The notes beneath the pieces were generated by a model. The model did not search any database and was not told the DNA's origin. It saw nothing but the letters and a program-made list of their open reading frames with translations. A DNA stretch of 32,000 nucleotides from Halomicronema hongdechloris C2206 (GTDB lineage Bacteria; Cyanobacteriota; Cyanobacteriia; Phormidesmidales; Phormidesmidaceae), in the NCBI RefSeq assembly GCF_002075285.3, contig NZ_CP021983.2:4770001-4802000 (forward strand), read 5' to 3'. Below are positions 1 through 9,046 of the stretch, in pieces (position 1 is the first letter of the stretch; every line of letters starts with the position of its first letter). A program made the translations under genes and the position numbers.

Positions 1-1
1 G

Positions 2-538
2 CTGCGGGACGGCAACTTCGATGTGCTGGTGGGGGTCAACCTGCTGCGAGAGGGGCTAGACCTGCCGGAGGTATCCTTGGTGGCGATTCTAGATGCGGAC
101 AAAGAAGGTTTCTTGCGGGCAGAGCGGTCATTGATTCAGACCATGGGCCGCGCCGCTCGCCATGTTCGGGGCCAAGCCATTCTCTATGCCGATACCCTCA
201 CCGAGAGTATGGCTCGAGCCATTGAAGAGACAGAGCGTCGCCGTCATATCCAGCAAGAGTATAACCAGACCCATGGCATCACCCCTCAGCCCATTGCCAG
301 CAAGAAGAGCAATGCTATTCTCTCGTTCCTGGAGATCTCCCGCCGGGTCAATCTGCAGACCTTAGAAGAGGTCTATGAGCACAAGGATGACCTGCCCTTG
401 GAGGATATCCCCGAACTCATCGGTCAGCTGGAGAAGCAAATGAAGGAGGCGGCCAAGAATCTGGAGTTTGAAGCGGCGGCCCAATATCGCGATCGCATCA
501 AGACCCTACGGGATCGCCTGCTGGGGAAACGGGTCTAG
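2..538 (+). CDS. uvrB: Excinuclease ABC subunit B (UvrB), C-terminal part; 5' end lies outside the window
   Basis: The frame is open from the window edge. [30 protein letters not shown]... gives the helicase C-terminal motifs. The terminal UVR motif [20 protein letters not shown] is diagnostic of UvrB. Confidence 0.93.
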   Translation: MRDGNFDVLVGVNLLREGLDLPEVSLVAILDADKEGFLRAERSLIQTMGRAARHVRGQAILYADTLTESMARAIEETERRRHIQQEYNQTHGITPQPIASKKSNAILSFLEISRRVNLQTLEEVYEHKDDLPLEDIPELIGQLEKQMKEAAKNLEFEAAAQYRDRIKTLRDRLLGKRV

Positions 539-621
539 GGCTTGGGGCTGTGAGTCTTGGCGCTAGGGCGGGCACCCTGGACCTAGATGCACCCGCCAGC
601 GCTCAGCAGGATATAGTTAAG

Positions 622-1725
622 ATGACTCATGTCAGCACCGCCATGGGATTGCGTTCGTGGCAACGGCATTCTACGTCGTCTCCAGACTCCAAGGTTCAGG
701 CCCAAAATCCTATCCCGACAGGGCTGCGTCATCTCTTCAGTCGCCTATTTCCAGATCGGGTCCTGCTAGACTTTACCGTCGCCATTTGCACCTACAACGG
801 CGAATACCGCCTGGGAGATGTTCTAGCGTGTCTGCCCTGGCAAATCAATACTGAAGATCTAGTCTGGGAAGTCCTGGTCATCGATAACAACAGCTGCGAT
901 GGCACCGCCCAAGTAGTGGCAGCCTTTCGGCAGACCTGGCCCCGCCACATTCCCCTGCGATATGGCTTTGAACCTAAACAGGGGGCGAGTTTTGCCCGGC
1001 AACGAGCGATTGAGATGGCCCGCAGTCCCTTGGTGGGCTTCCTCGATGATGACAACATTCCCTCCATGACCTGGGTGGCCGCCGCCCACCAGTTTAGCCA
1101 GCAGTATCCCCAGGCCGGGGCCTATGGCAGTCGCATTCGCGGTGACTTTGAGATAAATCCACCCGAACACTTCGAGCGCATCGCCGCCCTGTTGGCATTG
1201 ACCGAGCGCGGTCCCCACCCCCTACCCTACCCCCGTACTCAAAAGGTGCTGCCTCCCGGAGCTGGCCTCGTCGTTCGTCGCCAGGCCTGGCTGCAGACCG
1301 TTCCTAGGACCCTGGCCCTAGCCGGTCACATCGGCAGTCGCGAAACCGGCGAGGACTTAGAGGTAGTGCTGTATATCCAGAAGGCCGGTTGGGAGATCTG
1401 GTATAACCCGGCCATGCGGCTGTATCATCGCATTCCCGGCAACCGCCTCAAGCGTGAGTACTTGCTGCTGCTCTGTCGCAATATTGGCCTCAGTCGCTAT
1501 GGCACCCGCATGTTAAGCCTGCCTGCCTGGAAACGCCCTCTGATGATTCCCTTGTATGCTGGCAACGATCTACGTAAGATCGCTCGCCACCTGTGGACCT
1601 ACCGCACCACTGCTTTCACCGACACCGTCGCCGCCTGTGAACTGACCCTCTACAGCTACAGTTTGCTCAGCCCCTTCTATATGCTCTGGCGCCGCCTGAG
1701 GCAGAAGACCTCTTGCACGAATTGA
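622..1725 (+). CDS. Family 2 glycosyltransferase, resembling cyanobacterial hormogonium-polysaccharide (HpsE-type) enzymes
   Basis: GT-A signatures FTVAICTYNG, VLVIDNNSCDGT and GFLDDDN (DxD), plus the conserved AGWEIWYNPAM block. The ORF track opens at GTG 550; the first ATG (622) is used here, so the start is uncertain. Confidence 0.8.
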   Translation: MTHVSTAMGLRSWQRHSTSSPDSKVQAQNPIPTGLRHLFSRLFPDRVLLDFTVAICTYNGEYRLGDVLACLPWQINTEDLVWEVLVIDNNSCDGTAQVVAAFRQTWPRHIPLRYGFEPKQGASFARQRAIEMARSPLVGFLDDDNIPSMTWVAAAHQFSQQYPQAGAYGSRIRGDFEINPPEHFERIAALLALTERGPHPLPYPRTQKVLPPGAGLVVRRQAWLQTVPRTLALAGHIGSRETGEDLEVVLYIQKAGWEIWYNPAMRLYHRIPGNRLKREYLLLLCRNIGLSRYGTRMLSLPAWKRPLMIPLYAGNDLRKIARHLWTYRTTAFTDTVAACELTLYSYSLLSPFYMLWRRLRQKTSCTN

Positions 1726-1984
1726 GACAGTAGTCTCCAAATCTTTGCCGAACGCTATCGCAATCGACGGCGGCGATTTGGCCTCAGACTTCATTTGCTG
1801 GCTGGCATTCTTAACTACGAGATGGGACTGTCAATTTGATTTATGCAAGAGGTCTAATGTTTAACTCGAAGGAACCTGCGATCGCATCGTCATAGATACC
1901 CAAGAACCCATGCGATCGCATCCCCTGACACTCTCGAGGCAACCCCATGCATGTCAGCTTCAGTAGAAGCGATTGCTATGTCTG

Positions 1985-2614
1985 CTACTTCCCAGAATCA
2001 GTGGCTGGACCAGGATAGCGTACGATCATATCGATGACGCTGTCGATCAGGACATCCTGTTGCATAGGAATAATTGACTGGCCATGCAATAACTTCTGGG
2101 TCATGACGTAAGTAATTAGGCTGCCCACGAAGATGCGAGCGGCGGCCTCTGGGTCAGTGAACTTGAGTTCAGGATGGGCCTGAAAGTATCGAGTCAGCAC
2201 CCGCAACACCTTCTTCGGCAAGACCTGAATGAACCGTTGGGCGATGGCCGGAAACCGCCCCGACTCACCGATGATCAGCCGCAAAAAGGCGATGTACTCC
2301 TCATCCACCGCCAGCATGTCTAGCAGCCGGGTGGCTACCCGACGCAGGACTACCTCAGGAGGATCTTCCAGGGATAGGGCCCCAAACACGATTTGAAACC
2401 GTTGAGTGGTGACCCAGTCAATCAGGGCGGTAAATAGCCCTTCTTTGTCCTGAAAGTGCTTATAAATAGTGATCTTCGAGACCCCAGCCGCACTGGCCAC
2501 TCGATCCATGCTGGTGCCTTCGTAGCCCTGTTGCAGAAAGATGGTTAACGCCCCCTGCAGAATCTGTTCCTGTTTGAGCTGGGTGGCGGTGGACGGGGTC
2601 GGCAGTGTGCCCAT
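1985..2614 (-). CDS. TetR/AcrR family transcriptional regulator
   Basis: N-terminal HTH GYEGTSMDRVASAAGVSKITIYKHFQDKEGLF. The gene is divergent from the efflux operon that starts at 2724. Confidence 0.9.
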   Translation of the reverse strand: MGTLPTPSTATQLKQEQILQGALTIFLQQGYEGTSMDRVASAAGVSKITIYKHFQDKEGLFTALIDWVTTQRFQIVFGALSLEDPPEVVLRRVATRLLDMLAVDEEYIAFLRLIIGESGRFPAIAQRFIQVLPKKVLRVLTRYFQAHPELKFTDPEAAARIFVGSLITYVMTQKLLHGQSIIPMQQDVLIDSVIDMIVRYPGPATDSGK

Positions 2615-2702
2615 GATCGGTGGCGGCCTCTGAGATGACGAAAAACCTGCAGACGAAACGAGATCTATCTTAATGACTGCTTAATGGCTGTTTGCAATTC
2701 AA

Positions 2703-2717
2703 ACTATACCGTATAGT
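2703..2717. promoter_or_regulatory. Perfect 7-1-7 inverted repeat ACTATAC-C-GTATAGT, candidate TetR operator
   Basis: A palindrome read directly in the 109-bp divergent tetR/hlyD intergenic region, ending 7 nt before the ATG at 2724. Confidence 0.45.
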
Positions 2718-2723
2718 ATAGCC

Positions 2724-4019
2724 ATGACCCGGTATGGGACGTTCACCATGACTCAGTTTGCATCGACCCAGTCAGCCCCAGCTCCCCATCAGGCGCAGCC
2801 TGACCGGAAAGCCCGCCTGAAGCGGATCCTGCCAGTACTAATTCCCTTGGTGCTGTTGGTGGTGGCCACCGGTGTTGGGTTGCGATATTGGTGGAGTCGG
2901 CCTGACGACAGCACTGTTGAACTCAGTGGGCGCATCGAGGGCTATGAGACCGATCTGGGGGCCAAGGTCGGCGGGCGAGTGGCCGCCATCGCCGTGCGGG
3001 AGGGCAGTGTGGTGCGCCAAGGCCAAGTGATTGCCCGCTTGGATGATGCCGAGGTGCGGGCCCAGTTGCAGGCTGCCGGAGCCAGAGTGACGGCGGCGCA
3101 ACAACAGGTGACTCAGGCCCGGCTGCAATTGGATGTGTTGGCCAGTCAGGTGGTGGAAGCAGAGCTGGCCCTGCAACAATCCCAGGGCGATACGGCGGGG
3201 CAGGTGCGTCAGTCCCAGGCTGCCGTTGCCGCCGCCGCGGCCCAATTGACCGAGGCCCGGGCTCAGGTACAGCAGGCAGAGTCGGCCCTAGCCCTGGCCC
3301 GAGCCGATCGAGAGCGCTTCGCCAGCCTGTTGGCCCAGGGCGCCATTCCCCAGCAGCAGTTTGATCAGATCCAAACGACCTTTGAGACGGCTCGGGATAC
3401 CTTGGCGGCCCGACAAGCGGCAGTGGCAGCGGCGCAACAGCAGGTGAGTGCGGCCCAAGGCGTGTTAACCCAGGCCCAGACCAGCCAACTGAATCCAGAC
3501 ATTCGCAGGGCTCAGGTGGAGCGACTGCGGAAACAGCAAGAGCAGGCCAAGGCCCAGCTGGCGGCAGCCGAGGCCGACCTGGAACAGGCCCAGGCAGACT
3601 ATACCGAGATCGAGGCCCGCCTACAGGATCTAGAGATTAAAAGCCCCATCGATGGCGTTGTGGTCAGCCGCATGGTGGAGCCGGGGGAGGTAATTGCCGC
3701 CGGCACGCCGGTGATCACGGTGGTGGATTTGGAGGAGGTCTACCTGCGCGGCTATATTCCCGAGGGGGAGGTGGGACTGGTACGGGTGGGGCAGCCAGCC
3801 CAGGTATTTCTCGACTCGGCCCCGGAGCAGCCCCTGCAGGCTACGGTGTCGGCGGTGGATACGGAGGCGTCCTTTACGCCGGAAAATATTTACTTTCAAG
3901 AAGACCGGGTGGACCAGGTGTTTGGCTTACGGCTCGGCATCGAGAACCCGGGCGGCTTTGCCAAACCAGGGATGCCGGCCGATGGCACCATTCTGCTAGA
4001 GCAGTCGGGGGCGGAGTGA
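2724..4019 (+). CDS. HlyD-family membrane fusion (periplasmic adaptor) protein, YbhG-like
   Basis: N-terminal TM helix (ILPVLIPLVLLVVATGVGL), a lipoyl/barrel-sandwich segment (GRIEGYETDLGAKVGGRV...GQVIARLDD), a long Ala/Gln coiled coil and a C-terminal beta-barrel. Its stop overlaps the next start. Confidence 0.9.
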   Translation: MTRYGTFTMTQFASTQSAPAPHQAQPDRKARLKRILPVLIPLVLLVVATGVGLRYWWSRPDDSTVELSGRIEGYETDLGAKVGGRVAAIAVREGSVVRQGQVIARLDDAEVRAQLQAAGARVTAAQQQVTQARLQLDVLASQVVEAELALQQSQGDTAGQVRQSQAAVAAAAAQLTEARAQVQQAESALALARADRERFASLLAQGAIPQQQFDQIQTTFETARDTLAARQAAVAAAQQQVSAAQGVLTQAQTSQLNPDIRRAQVERLRKQQEQAKAQLAAAEADLEQAQADYTEIEARLQDLEIKSPIDGVVVSRMVEPGEVIAAGTPVITVVDLEEVYLRGYIPEGEVGLVRVGQPAQVFLDSAPEQPLQATVSAVDTEASFTPENIYFQEDRVDQVFGLRLGIENPGGFAKPGMPADGTILLEQSGAE

Positions 4020-5902
4020 TGGCACCATTGCCTTCCCACGCAGCGGCGGCCAGGGGGAAAACGGCCCCCGTGACGACGGAGCCAGTGATTGCGGTGCGGC
4101 AGCTGCGCAAATCCTACGGTGCCTTAGAGGCCCTCAAGGGCATCGAGTTTGCGGTGACTCGGGGAGAGATCTTCGGCCTCATCGGCCCGGATGGGGCTGG
4201 CAAGACCACCACCTTTCAGATTCTGGCTGGGGTGATGGCGGCCACGGCGGGGGAGGTGGCGGTGTTGGGCACAACGCCTCAACAGGCGCGGCTGCAGTTG
4301 GGCTATGTCACCCAGCGGTTTTCCCTCTACAGCGATTTGAGCATTGCCGAGAACCTGCGCTATAGTGCCGGGCTGCGGCGCATTCCAGCGGCAGAGGCGG
4401 CGATGCGATCGCACACCCTATTGCGGCGCGTCGATCTGCATCGCTTTACTGACCGGCTGGCGGGACAGCTCTCGGGCGGGATGAAGCAGAAGCTGGCCCT
4501 CTGCTGCGCCCTGATTACCCAGCCCCAGGTGCTGCTGCTGGATGAGCCCACCACCGGCGTGGACCCGGTATCGCGGCGAGAATTTTGGGATCTGCTGGCG
4601 GCGGTGGCGACGGAGGGGGTAACGGTGGTGGCGGCTACCCCCTATTTGGATGAAGCGGAGCGCTGCAGCCGCATCGCCCTGATCTACGGCGGTGAGATTC
4701 AGCAGATGGGCACCCCCGATCAACTGCGGCACAGCCTCGGCTTTAGCCGTATCGAGCTCCGGGCCGAGAATCTGGTCAGGGCAGAAACGGTGCTGCACCA
4801 GAGCGGCGGTACCATCGTCGACATTCAGACCTTCGGCGATCGCCTGGATGTCATGGTCCAGGACACCGATCAGGGAGAGCAGCAGATCCGCACGGTGCTG
4901 CAGGACCATGACCTGGCCCTGACCGATCTGCGGCGGGATGTCCCCACCCTGGAGAATGTCTTCGTCCATCGCCTGCGCCAGCAGGGAGAAGACCCGCCCT
5001 ACATCGAGTTTCCCGCCTACCGCAGTGGCAAAGAGCCGGGAGGCATCGCCATGGCCACCGAGGCCCTAACCAAGACCTTCGGCGACTTTCAGGCGGTGAA
5101 GGGGGTGGACATCACCGTGCGCTATGGCGAGATCTTCGGCCTATTGGGGGCCAATGGGGCCGGCAAGACCACCACCATCAAGATGCTCTGCGGCCTGTTG
5201 CCCGCCAGCGGCGGCACCATGGAGCTGGCGGGAGAAACTGAGCATCTGCATCGGGCCCAGGTGCGATCGCGTCTGGGCTACATGAGCCAGAAATTTACCC
5301 TCTATGACGACCTCACCATCTTGCAAAACCTGGACTTCTACTGCGGCGTCTACGGCGTCCCCCGGCAGCTGCGGCGGGAGAAGATCGATTGGGTGTTGCA
5401 AACCTGTGGCCTGGTGGGCCGCGAGCACATCCTCACTGGTAGCCTGCCTGGGGGCTGGAAGCAGAGGGTGGCCTTCGGGGCCTCCGTCATGCATGAACCC
5501 GATATTTTGTTCCTGGACGAACCTACCTCCGGCGTCGACCCCCTGGCCCGACGGCAGTTCTGGCAACTGATTCGCGACTTTGCCCGCCGCGGCACCGCCA
5601 TTCTCGTCACTACTCATTACCTGGAAGAAGCCGAGAACTGCCACCACATGGCCTTCATGGTAGCTGGAGAGATCGTGGCCCAGGGCTCCCCCAGTGAGAT
5701 CAAATACAACCAGCCGGGGCATCTGGTGGAGGTGATTTCACCCCAAACCCAGGCCGCCTCCGATCTGTTGAAGCAGCAGCTGGAAGGCTGGCGGGTCTCT
5801 ATCTTCGGCGATCGGCTGCACCTGGTGGTAGACGATGCCGACCGGGACCTAGAGCAAGTCCACGAATGGTTGCAGGCGGAGCAGATTTCCCATCCACTCT
5901 AG
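4016..5902 (+). CDS. ABC transporter ATP-binding protein with two fused ATPase domains, YbhF-like
   Basis: Two Walker A motifs (GPDGAGKTT, GANGAGKTT), two signature motifs (LSGGMKQK, LPGGWKQR) and two Walker B motifs (LLLDEPT, LFLDEPT). Confidence 0.95.
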   Translation: MMAPLPSHAAAARGKTAPVTTEPVIAVRQLRKSYGALEALKGIEFAVTRGEIFGLIGPDGAGKTTTFQILAGVMAATAGEVAVLGTTPQQARLQLGYVTQRFSLYSDLSIAENLRYSAGLRRIPAAEAAMRSHTLLRRVDLHRFTDRLAGQLSGGMKQKLALCCALITQPQVLLLDEPTTGVDPVSRREFWDLLAAVATEGVTVVAATPYLDEAERCSRIALIYGGEIQQMGTPDQLRHSLGFSRIELRAENLVRAETVLHQSGGTIVDIQTFGDRLDVMVQDTDQGEQQIRTVLQDHDLALTDLRRDVPTLENVFVHRLRQQGEDPPYIEFPAYRSGKEPGGIAMATEALTKTFGDFQAVKGVDITVRYGEIFGLLGANGAGKTTTIKMLCGLLPASGGTMELAGETEHLHRAQVRSRLGYMSQKFTLYDDLTILQNLDFYCGVYGVPRQLRREKIDWVLQTCGLVGREHILTGSLPGGWKQRVAFGASVMHEPDILFLDEPTSGVDPLARRQFWQLIRDFARRGTAILVTTHYLEEAENCHHMAFMVAGEIVAQGSPSEIKYNQPGHLVEVISPQTQAASDLLKQQLEGWRVSIFGDRLHLVVDDADRDLEQVHEWLQAEQISHPL

Positions 5903-5965
5903 CCGCGTCATTCCCTTTTCCTTAGAAGACGCCTTTATCGGTATTGTGCAACGGGCAAACCAACT

Positions 5966-7072
5966 ATGAACCGCGTCCTCTCCCAATGTGTCAAAGAGCT
6001 CAACCAATTCCGCCGCGACCGCCTCACCGTGGCCCTGGCCTTCTTATTGCCCCTGGCGGTGCTGCTGATTCTCGGCTATGCCATTCGCCTGGAAGCCGAC
6101 AACATTCCCCTCAGCGTGCAGGACTTCGACAACAGTGCCCTCAGCCGCAGCTATACGGCCCGGTTGCTGGCCACCAATCAGTTTGTCCCCACTCCCCTAC
6201 AAGCCAATGAGTCCCTGGCGGCCATCGATGCCGGGCAAGCCAAGGCCACGGTGGTGATTCCCCCCGATTTTAGCCAGCGGATTCGGGCCGGCAAACCCAC
6301 CACGATACAGGCGCTGGTGGATGGCACCGACGTCAACAACGCCCGCATCATTCAAAATAGCCTGGGCGGCACCACCCGCTTCTTTCTCCGAGCCCAGGGC
6401 ATTATCCCTGACGTTCTATCTCCGGTGATTCCCCAGATTCGCCTCTGGTTCAACCCCGGTCGGCAGGAGTCGCTATTCATCGTCCCCGGCATCTTCGGCC
6501 TAGTGCTGTGGGTGTTTCCCTCGATGTTGGCGGGTATGGCCATGGTGCGGGAGAAGGAGCAGGGCACCATCGTCCAGGTCTACGCCTCGGATCTCAGCGC
6601 TCGGGAGTGGCTGTTGGGCAAGGAATTGGCCTATGTCATCGTCGGCTTGGGGGAAGCCCTGATCGTGATGACGATGGCGGTGATCTTATTCCGCCTCAGC
6701 TTTCGCGGCGATCCTTCGCCCCTGCTGCTGGGTACCTTGCTTTATCTGTTTGCCAGTGTCGCCTTCGGTCTGTTGGTGGGAGCCCGGGCCAGTAATCAAA
6801 CGGCGGCTCTGCAGGGCACGGCCATCGTCGGATTTCTCACGGCTCTGTTGCTCTCTGGCTTCATCTACCGCCTCGAGAATATTCCCTTTCCCCTGTCGTT
6901 GCTGCCCAATATCATCCCGGCTCGCTATTACATGGAGATCGCCCGGGATGCTTTTGTCCGGGGTACCGGCTGGGGCGGCATTTGGTATGGTCCCCTGATG
7001 ATTGCTCTGATTGGGGGCCTTTGTTTTGTCGTTGCCAGCCAGGTGTTGCGAGCCATGCAGTTTTCGGAGTGA
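5966..7072 (+). CDS. ABC-2 type transporter permease, YbhS/YbhR-like
   Basis: Conserved N-terminus KELNQFRRDRL followed by a TM helix, a large extracytoplasmic loop, REKEQGT and five C-terminal TM helices. Confidence 0.9.
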   Translation: MNRVLSQCVKELNQFRRDRLTVALAFLLPLAVLLILGYAIRLEADNIPLSVQDFDNSALSRSYTARLLATNQFVPTPLQANESLAAIDAGQAKATVVIPPDFSQRIRAGKPTTIQALVDGTDVNNARIIQNSLGGTTRFFLRAQGIIPDVLSPVIPQIRLWFNPGRQESLFIVPGIFGLVLWVFPSMLAGMAMVREKEQGTIVQVYASDLSAREWLLGKELAYVIVGLGEALIVMTMAVILFRLSFRGDPSPLLLGTLLYLFASVAFGLLVGARASNQTAALQGTAIVGFLTALLLSGFIYRLENIPFPLSLLPNIIPARYYMEIARDAFVRGTGWGGIWYGPLMIALIGGLCFVVASQVLRAMQFSE

Positions 7073-7135
7073 TGTTAGCTGCCTACCCTACTCTTTCTTT
7101 TCTGGCCTCCTGGCCGTTTTTCCGTCGTCCTCGCC

Positions 7136-7315
7136 CCTGCGGACGGGCTGGTCGGCAGTGCTGTACCTCGATAAGACCGCACTTAGTTTTCCAAACCAGA
7201 GAGCTCACCCGAGGGGATTTCGCTCCCCTCGGACTCCGACGACCAGGGCAAACCGCTGCCCTGGACCTGCGGACGGGCTGGTCGGTTGGTTGTTATTGAT
7301 CGCGTTGCATCGGCA
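7136..7315 (+). repeat. Dispersed structured repeat, copy A, inside the efflux operon between the two permease genes
   Basis: Collinear with the reverse complement of 12988-13165. Shared blocks are ACCTCGATAAGACC, CTCACCCG, ACGACCAGGGC, AACCGCT, TGCCCTGGACC, CTGCGGA, GTCGGTTGGT, GATCGCGT and GCATCGGC. Hairpins lie at 7209-7232 and 7243-7264. A 20-bp perfect direct repeat CCTGCGGACGGGCTGGTCGG occurs at 7136-7155 and 7266-7285. Confidence 0.7.
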
Positions 7316-7336
7316 GAGTAGCGATGGACTTTCCTG

Positions 7337-7426
7337 CCTTCTACCTTCTGCCTTCTGCCTCTGCCTTCTGCCTTCTGCCTTCTGCCTTCTGCCTTCTGCC
7401 TTCTGCCTTCTGCCTTCTACCTTCTG
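7337..7426 (+). repeat. STRR-like tandem heptamer array, (CCTTCTG) x13 with two CCTTCTA variants and one 6-mer unit
   Basis: Counted directly in the sequence. The array ends 4 nt before the ATG at 7431. Confidence 0.95.
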
Positions 7427-7430
7427 CCCC

Positions 7431-8555
7431 ATGACTGTCCTACGCTCTCTACTCACCGCCCGCCTCTGGTCTTTAATCCTGAAGGAAGTCCGTCAGATTC
7501 TGCGCAATCGGCAGATCATTTTTCTGCTGTTGTTTCCGCCCACCATCCAGCTGTTGATCTTTGGCCTGGCCCTGGATCCGGAGGTGACGGGGCTGAGTCT
7601 GGGGGTGGTGGATTACAACAACAGCGCCGCCAGCCGGGAGTTGGTCTCGACTCTGGTGGCCAATGATGTCTTCATCGTGGAGTCTTACCAGCTGCAGCAA
7701 GCCGACCTGGCCCAACAGGTGCGCACTGGCCGGGTGACGGCGGGGCTGGTGATTCCTCCCGACTTTGATCAGGCCCTGGCGGCGGGCAAGGCGGTGGAGG
7801 TGCAGGGGTTGATCGATGGGGTGGATGCCAACACCGCCGGCATTGCCCGGGGTTATCTGCAGCAGTTGATTACCCACTACGGGCAGATGCTGCAGTCGCC
7901 TCAGCCCCAGGAGCCGGTGCAGACGGCCGTGCGCTTTCTCTACAATCCCGGGTTGCTCAGTAGCTGGTTTTTTGTGCCGGGGGTGATGGGGGTGGTGGTG
8001 ACCCTGACCGGCACCCTAGTGTCGTCGTCGACGGTAATTCGCGAGAAGGATGTCGGTACCCTGGAGCAGTTGCTGATGACGCCGGCGGCGGGCTGGGAGA
8101 TTCTGGCGGCTAAGATTGCGCCCCTGTTTGTGCTACTGATGGGGGATGTGTTGCTGGCGTCGGCCCTGGCCCGTGGGGTGTTTAATCTGCCTTTTCGCGG
8201 TCATTTCGGGCTGTTTTTGCTGCTTTCGGCCATCTATGTGTTTGTGGCCATCGGCATTGGCATTTTGTTGGCTACCCTGGCCCGCAATCAGCAACAGGTG
8301 ATCCTGACGTCGTTCTTTTTCAATGTGCCCTTGATTCAGCTGTCGGGTGCGATCGCACCCATCGAGAGCATGCCCCCCTTCTTTCGGGTGCTCTCTGGGT
8401 TAAACCCCCTGCGTCACTACGTCACCATCGCCCGCAGCCTCATCCTCAAGGGCGTTGGCCTAGAGGTGCTGCTACCAGAGATCATGGCCTTGCTGCTCTT
8501 TGCCGTGCTACTGCTGGGGGTCAGCATCCATCGCTTCCGCTCTCAGCTAACCTGA
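7431..8555 (+). CDS. ABC-2 type transporter permease, paralogue of the 5966-7072 gene (YbhR/YbhS-like)
   Basis: [28 protein letters not shown] aligns with the N-terminus of the upstream permease, and REKDVGT and the TM helices follow. The track ORF from 7011 is an artefactual extension through the repeats. Confidence 0.9.
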   Translation: MTVLRSLLTARLWSLILKEVRQILRNRQIIFLLLFPPTIQLLIFGLALDPEVTGLSLGVVDYNNSAASRELVSTLVANDVFIVESYQLQQADLAQQVRTGRVTAGLVIPPDFDQALAAGKAVEVQGLIDGVDANTAGIARGYLQQLITHYGQMLQSPQPQEPVQTAVRFLYNPGLLSSWFFVPGVMGVVVTLTGTLVSSSTVIREKDVGTLEQLLMTPAAGWEILAAKIAPLFVLLMGDVLLASALARGVFNLPFRGHFGLFLLLSAIYVFVAIGIGILLATLARNQQQVILTSFFFNVPLIQLSGAIAPIESMPPFFRVLSGLNPLRHYVTIARSLILKGVGLEVLLPEIMALLLFAVLLLGVSIHRFRSQLT

Positions 8556-8761
8556 GCAGAACTAAGGGATGGTCACGTCAGGGCATCCAGGGCCGTCTGA
8601 TTGACAATGCCCTTTTCTGTGGCTAGGAACTGGAAAAACTTTTTCAGCGCTACCCGCAGGTCACTCTCGCGGGTTGAATCAATCACCTTGCACCGATACC
8701 ACTAATGCTTACTAGCACTGTTTCTGGAGTCACCGCGTCCCCCTTAAAAACCTTGCCCCCC

Positions 8762-8968
8762 TCACATTGTCCTGGTTTTGGCGCCAGCACGAGGAGACGG
8801 AGGAGCGGCAGAAGCATTTTGTGGTAGCGACTCAAGCATTGAGTGGGGCCTATCTGGTGCGATTAGGCACCCCATCACGATGAAGACCAAAATAATCCGT
8901 AACGGATGGCGTTTCCCGCGAGCACTGCGATAATCGGGAACGGTCTGTCAGGCTTCTATCAGGGTCAT
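8762..8968 (-). pseudogene. Remnant of an ISAs1-family (H-repeat/DDE_Tnp_1-associated) transposase N-terminus with an in-frame stop
   Basis: The minus-strand translation MTLIEA*QTVPDYRSARGKRHPLRIILVFIVMGCL matches the hallmark (V/I)PD(Y/P)R..RGKRH.L...L N-terminal motif. It then degenerates, and no DDE domain follows. Confidence 0.55.
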
Positions 8969-9046
8969 GGCAACACCAGCAATAGAGATTGCCTTACAGC
9001 TTAATTTTTATCTCGTCACTTTGAATCAGCCCTGCCAGTCAGTTCT

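Noticed and set aside
550-621. Upstream GTG start for the glycosyltransferase, and similarly the 27705-27809 extension of the Ada-like gene and the 25514-25582 extension of hisC
   Set aside because: The extensions are non-conserved-looking leaders that start at alternative codons. Internal ATGs give N-termini that fit the families better. The starts remain uncertain without alignment.
4124-5722. Antisense and overlapping ORFs inside the ABC ATPase gene (4124-4414, 4360-4554, 4418-4969, 5141-5722, 5350-5610 and others). The same applies to shadow ORFs inside dnaE-n (16717-17106, 17113-17700), uvrA (21292-21951, 20852-21205), dnaE-c (14156-14554), the epimerase (28310-28774), pnp (29826-30203) and hisC (25523-25948).
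   Set aside because: These are typical high-GC shadow ORFs on the opposite strand or in an alternative frame of genes with unambiguous homology. Their compositions are Arg/Gly/Pro-rich and they have no independent start signals.
7337-7426. Possible CRISPR array
   Set aside because: The units are 7 bp, directly abutting and without spacers. No cas genes are present and no 25-40 bp repeat-spacer periodicity occurs anywhere in the window. It is an STRR-like microsatellite.
7011-7430. A 140-codon N-terminal extension of the second permease ORF in the track (MGAFVLSLPARCC...[21 protein letters not shown])
   Set aside because: It overlaps the 3' end of the upstream permease and merely translates the structured repeat and the CCTTCTG array. 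The Met at 7431 gives an N-terminus that aligns with the paralogous permease (KE(L/V)xQxxR(D/N)R).
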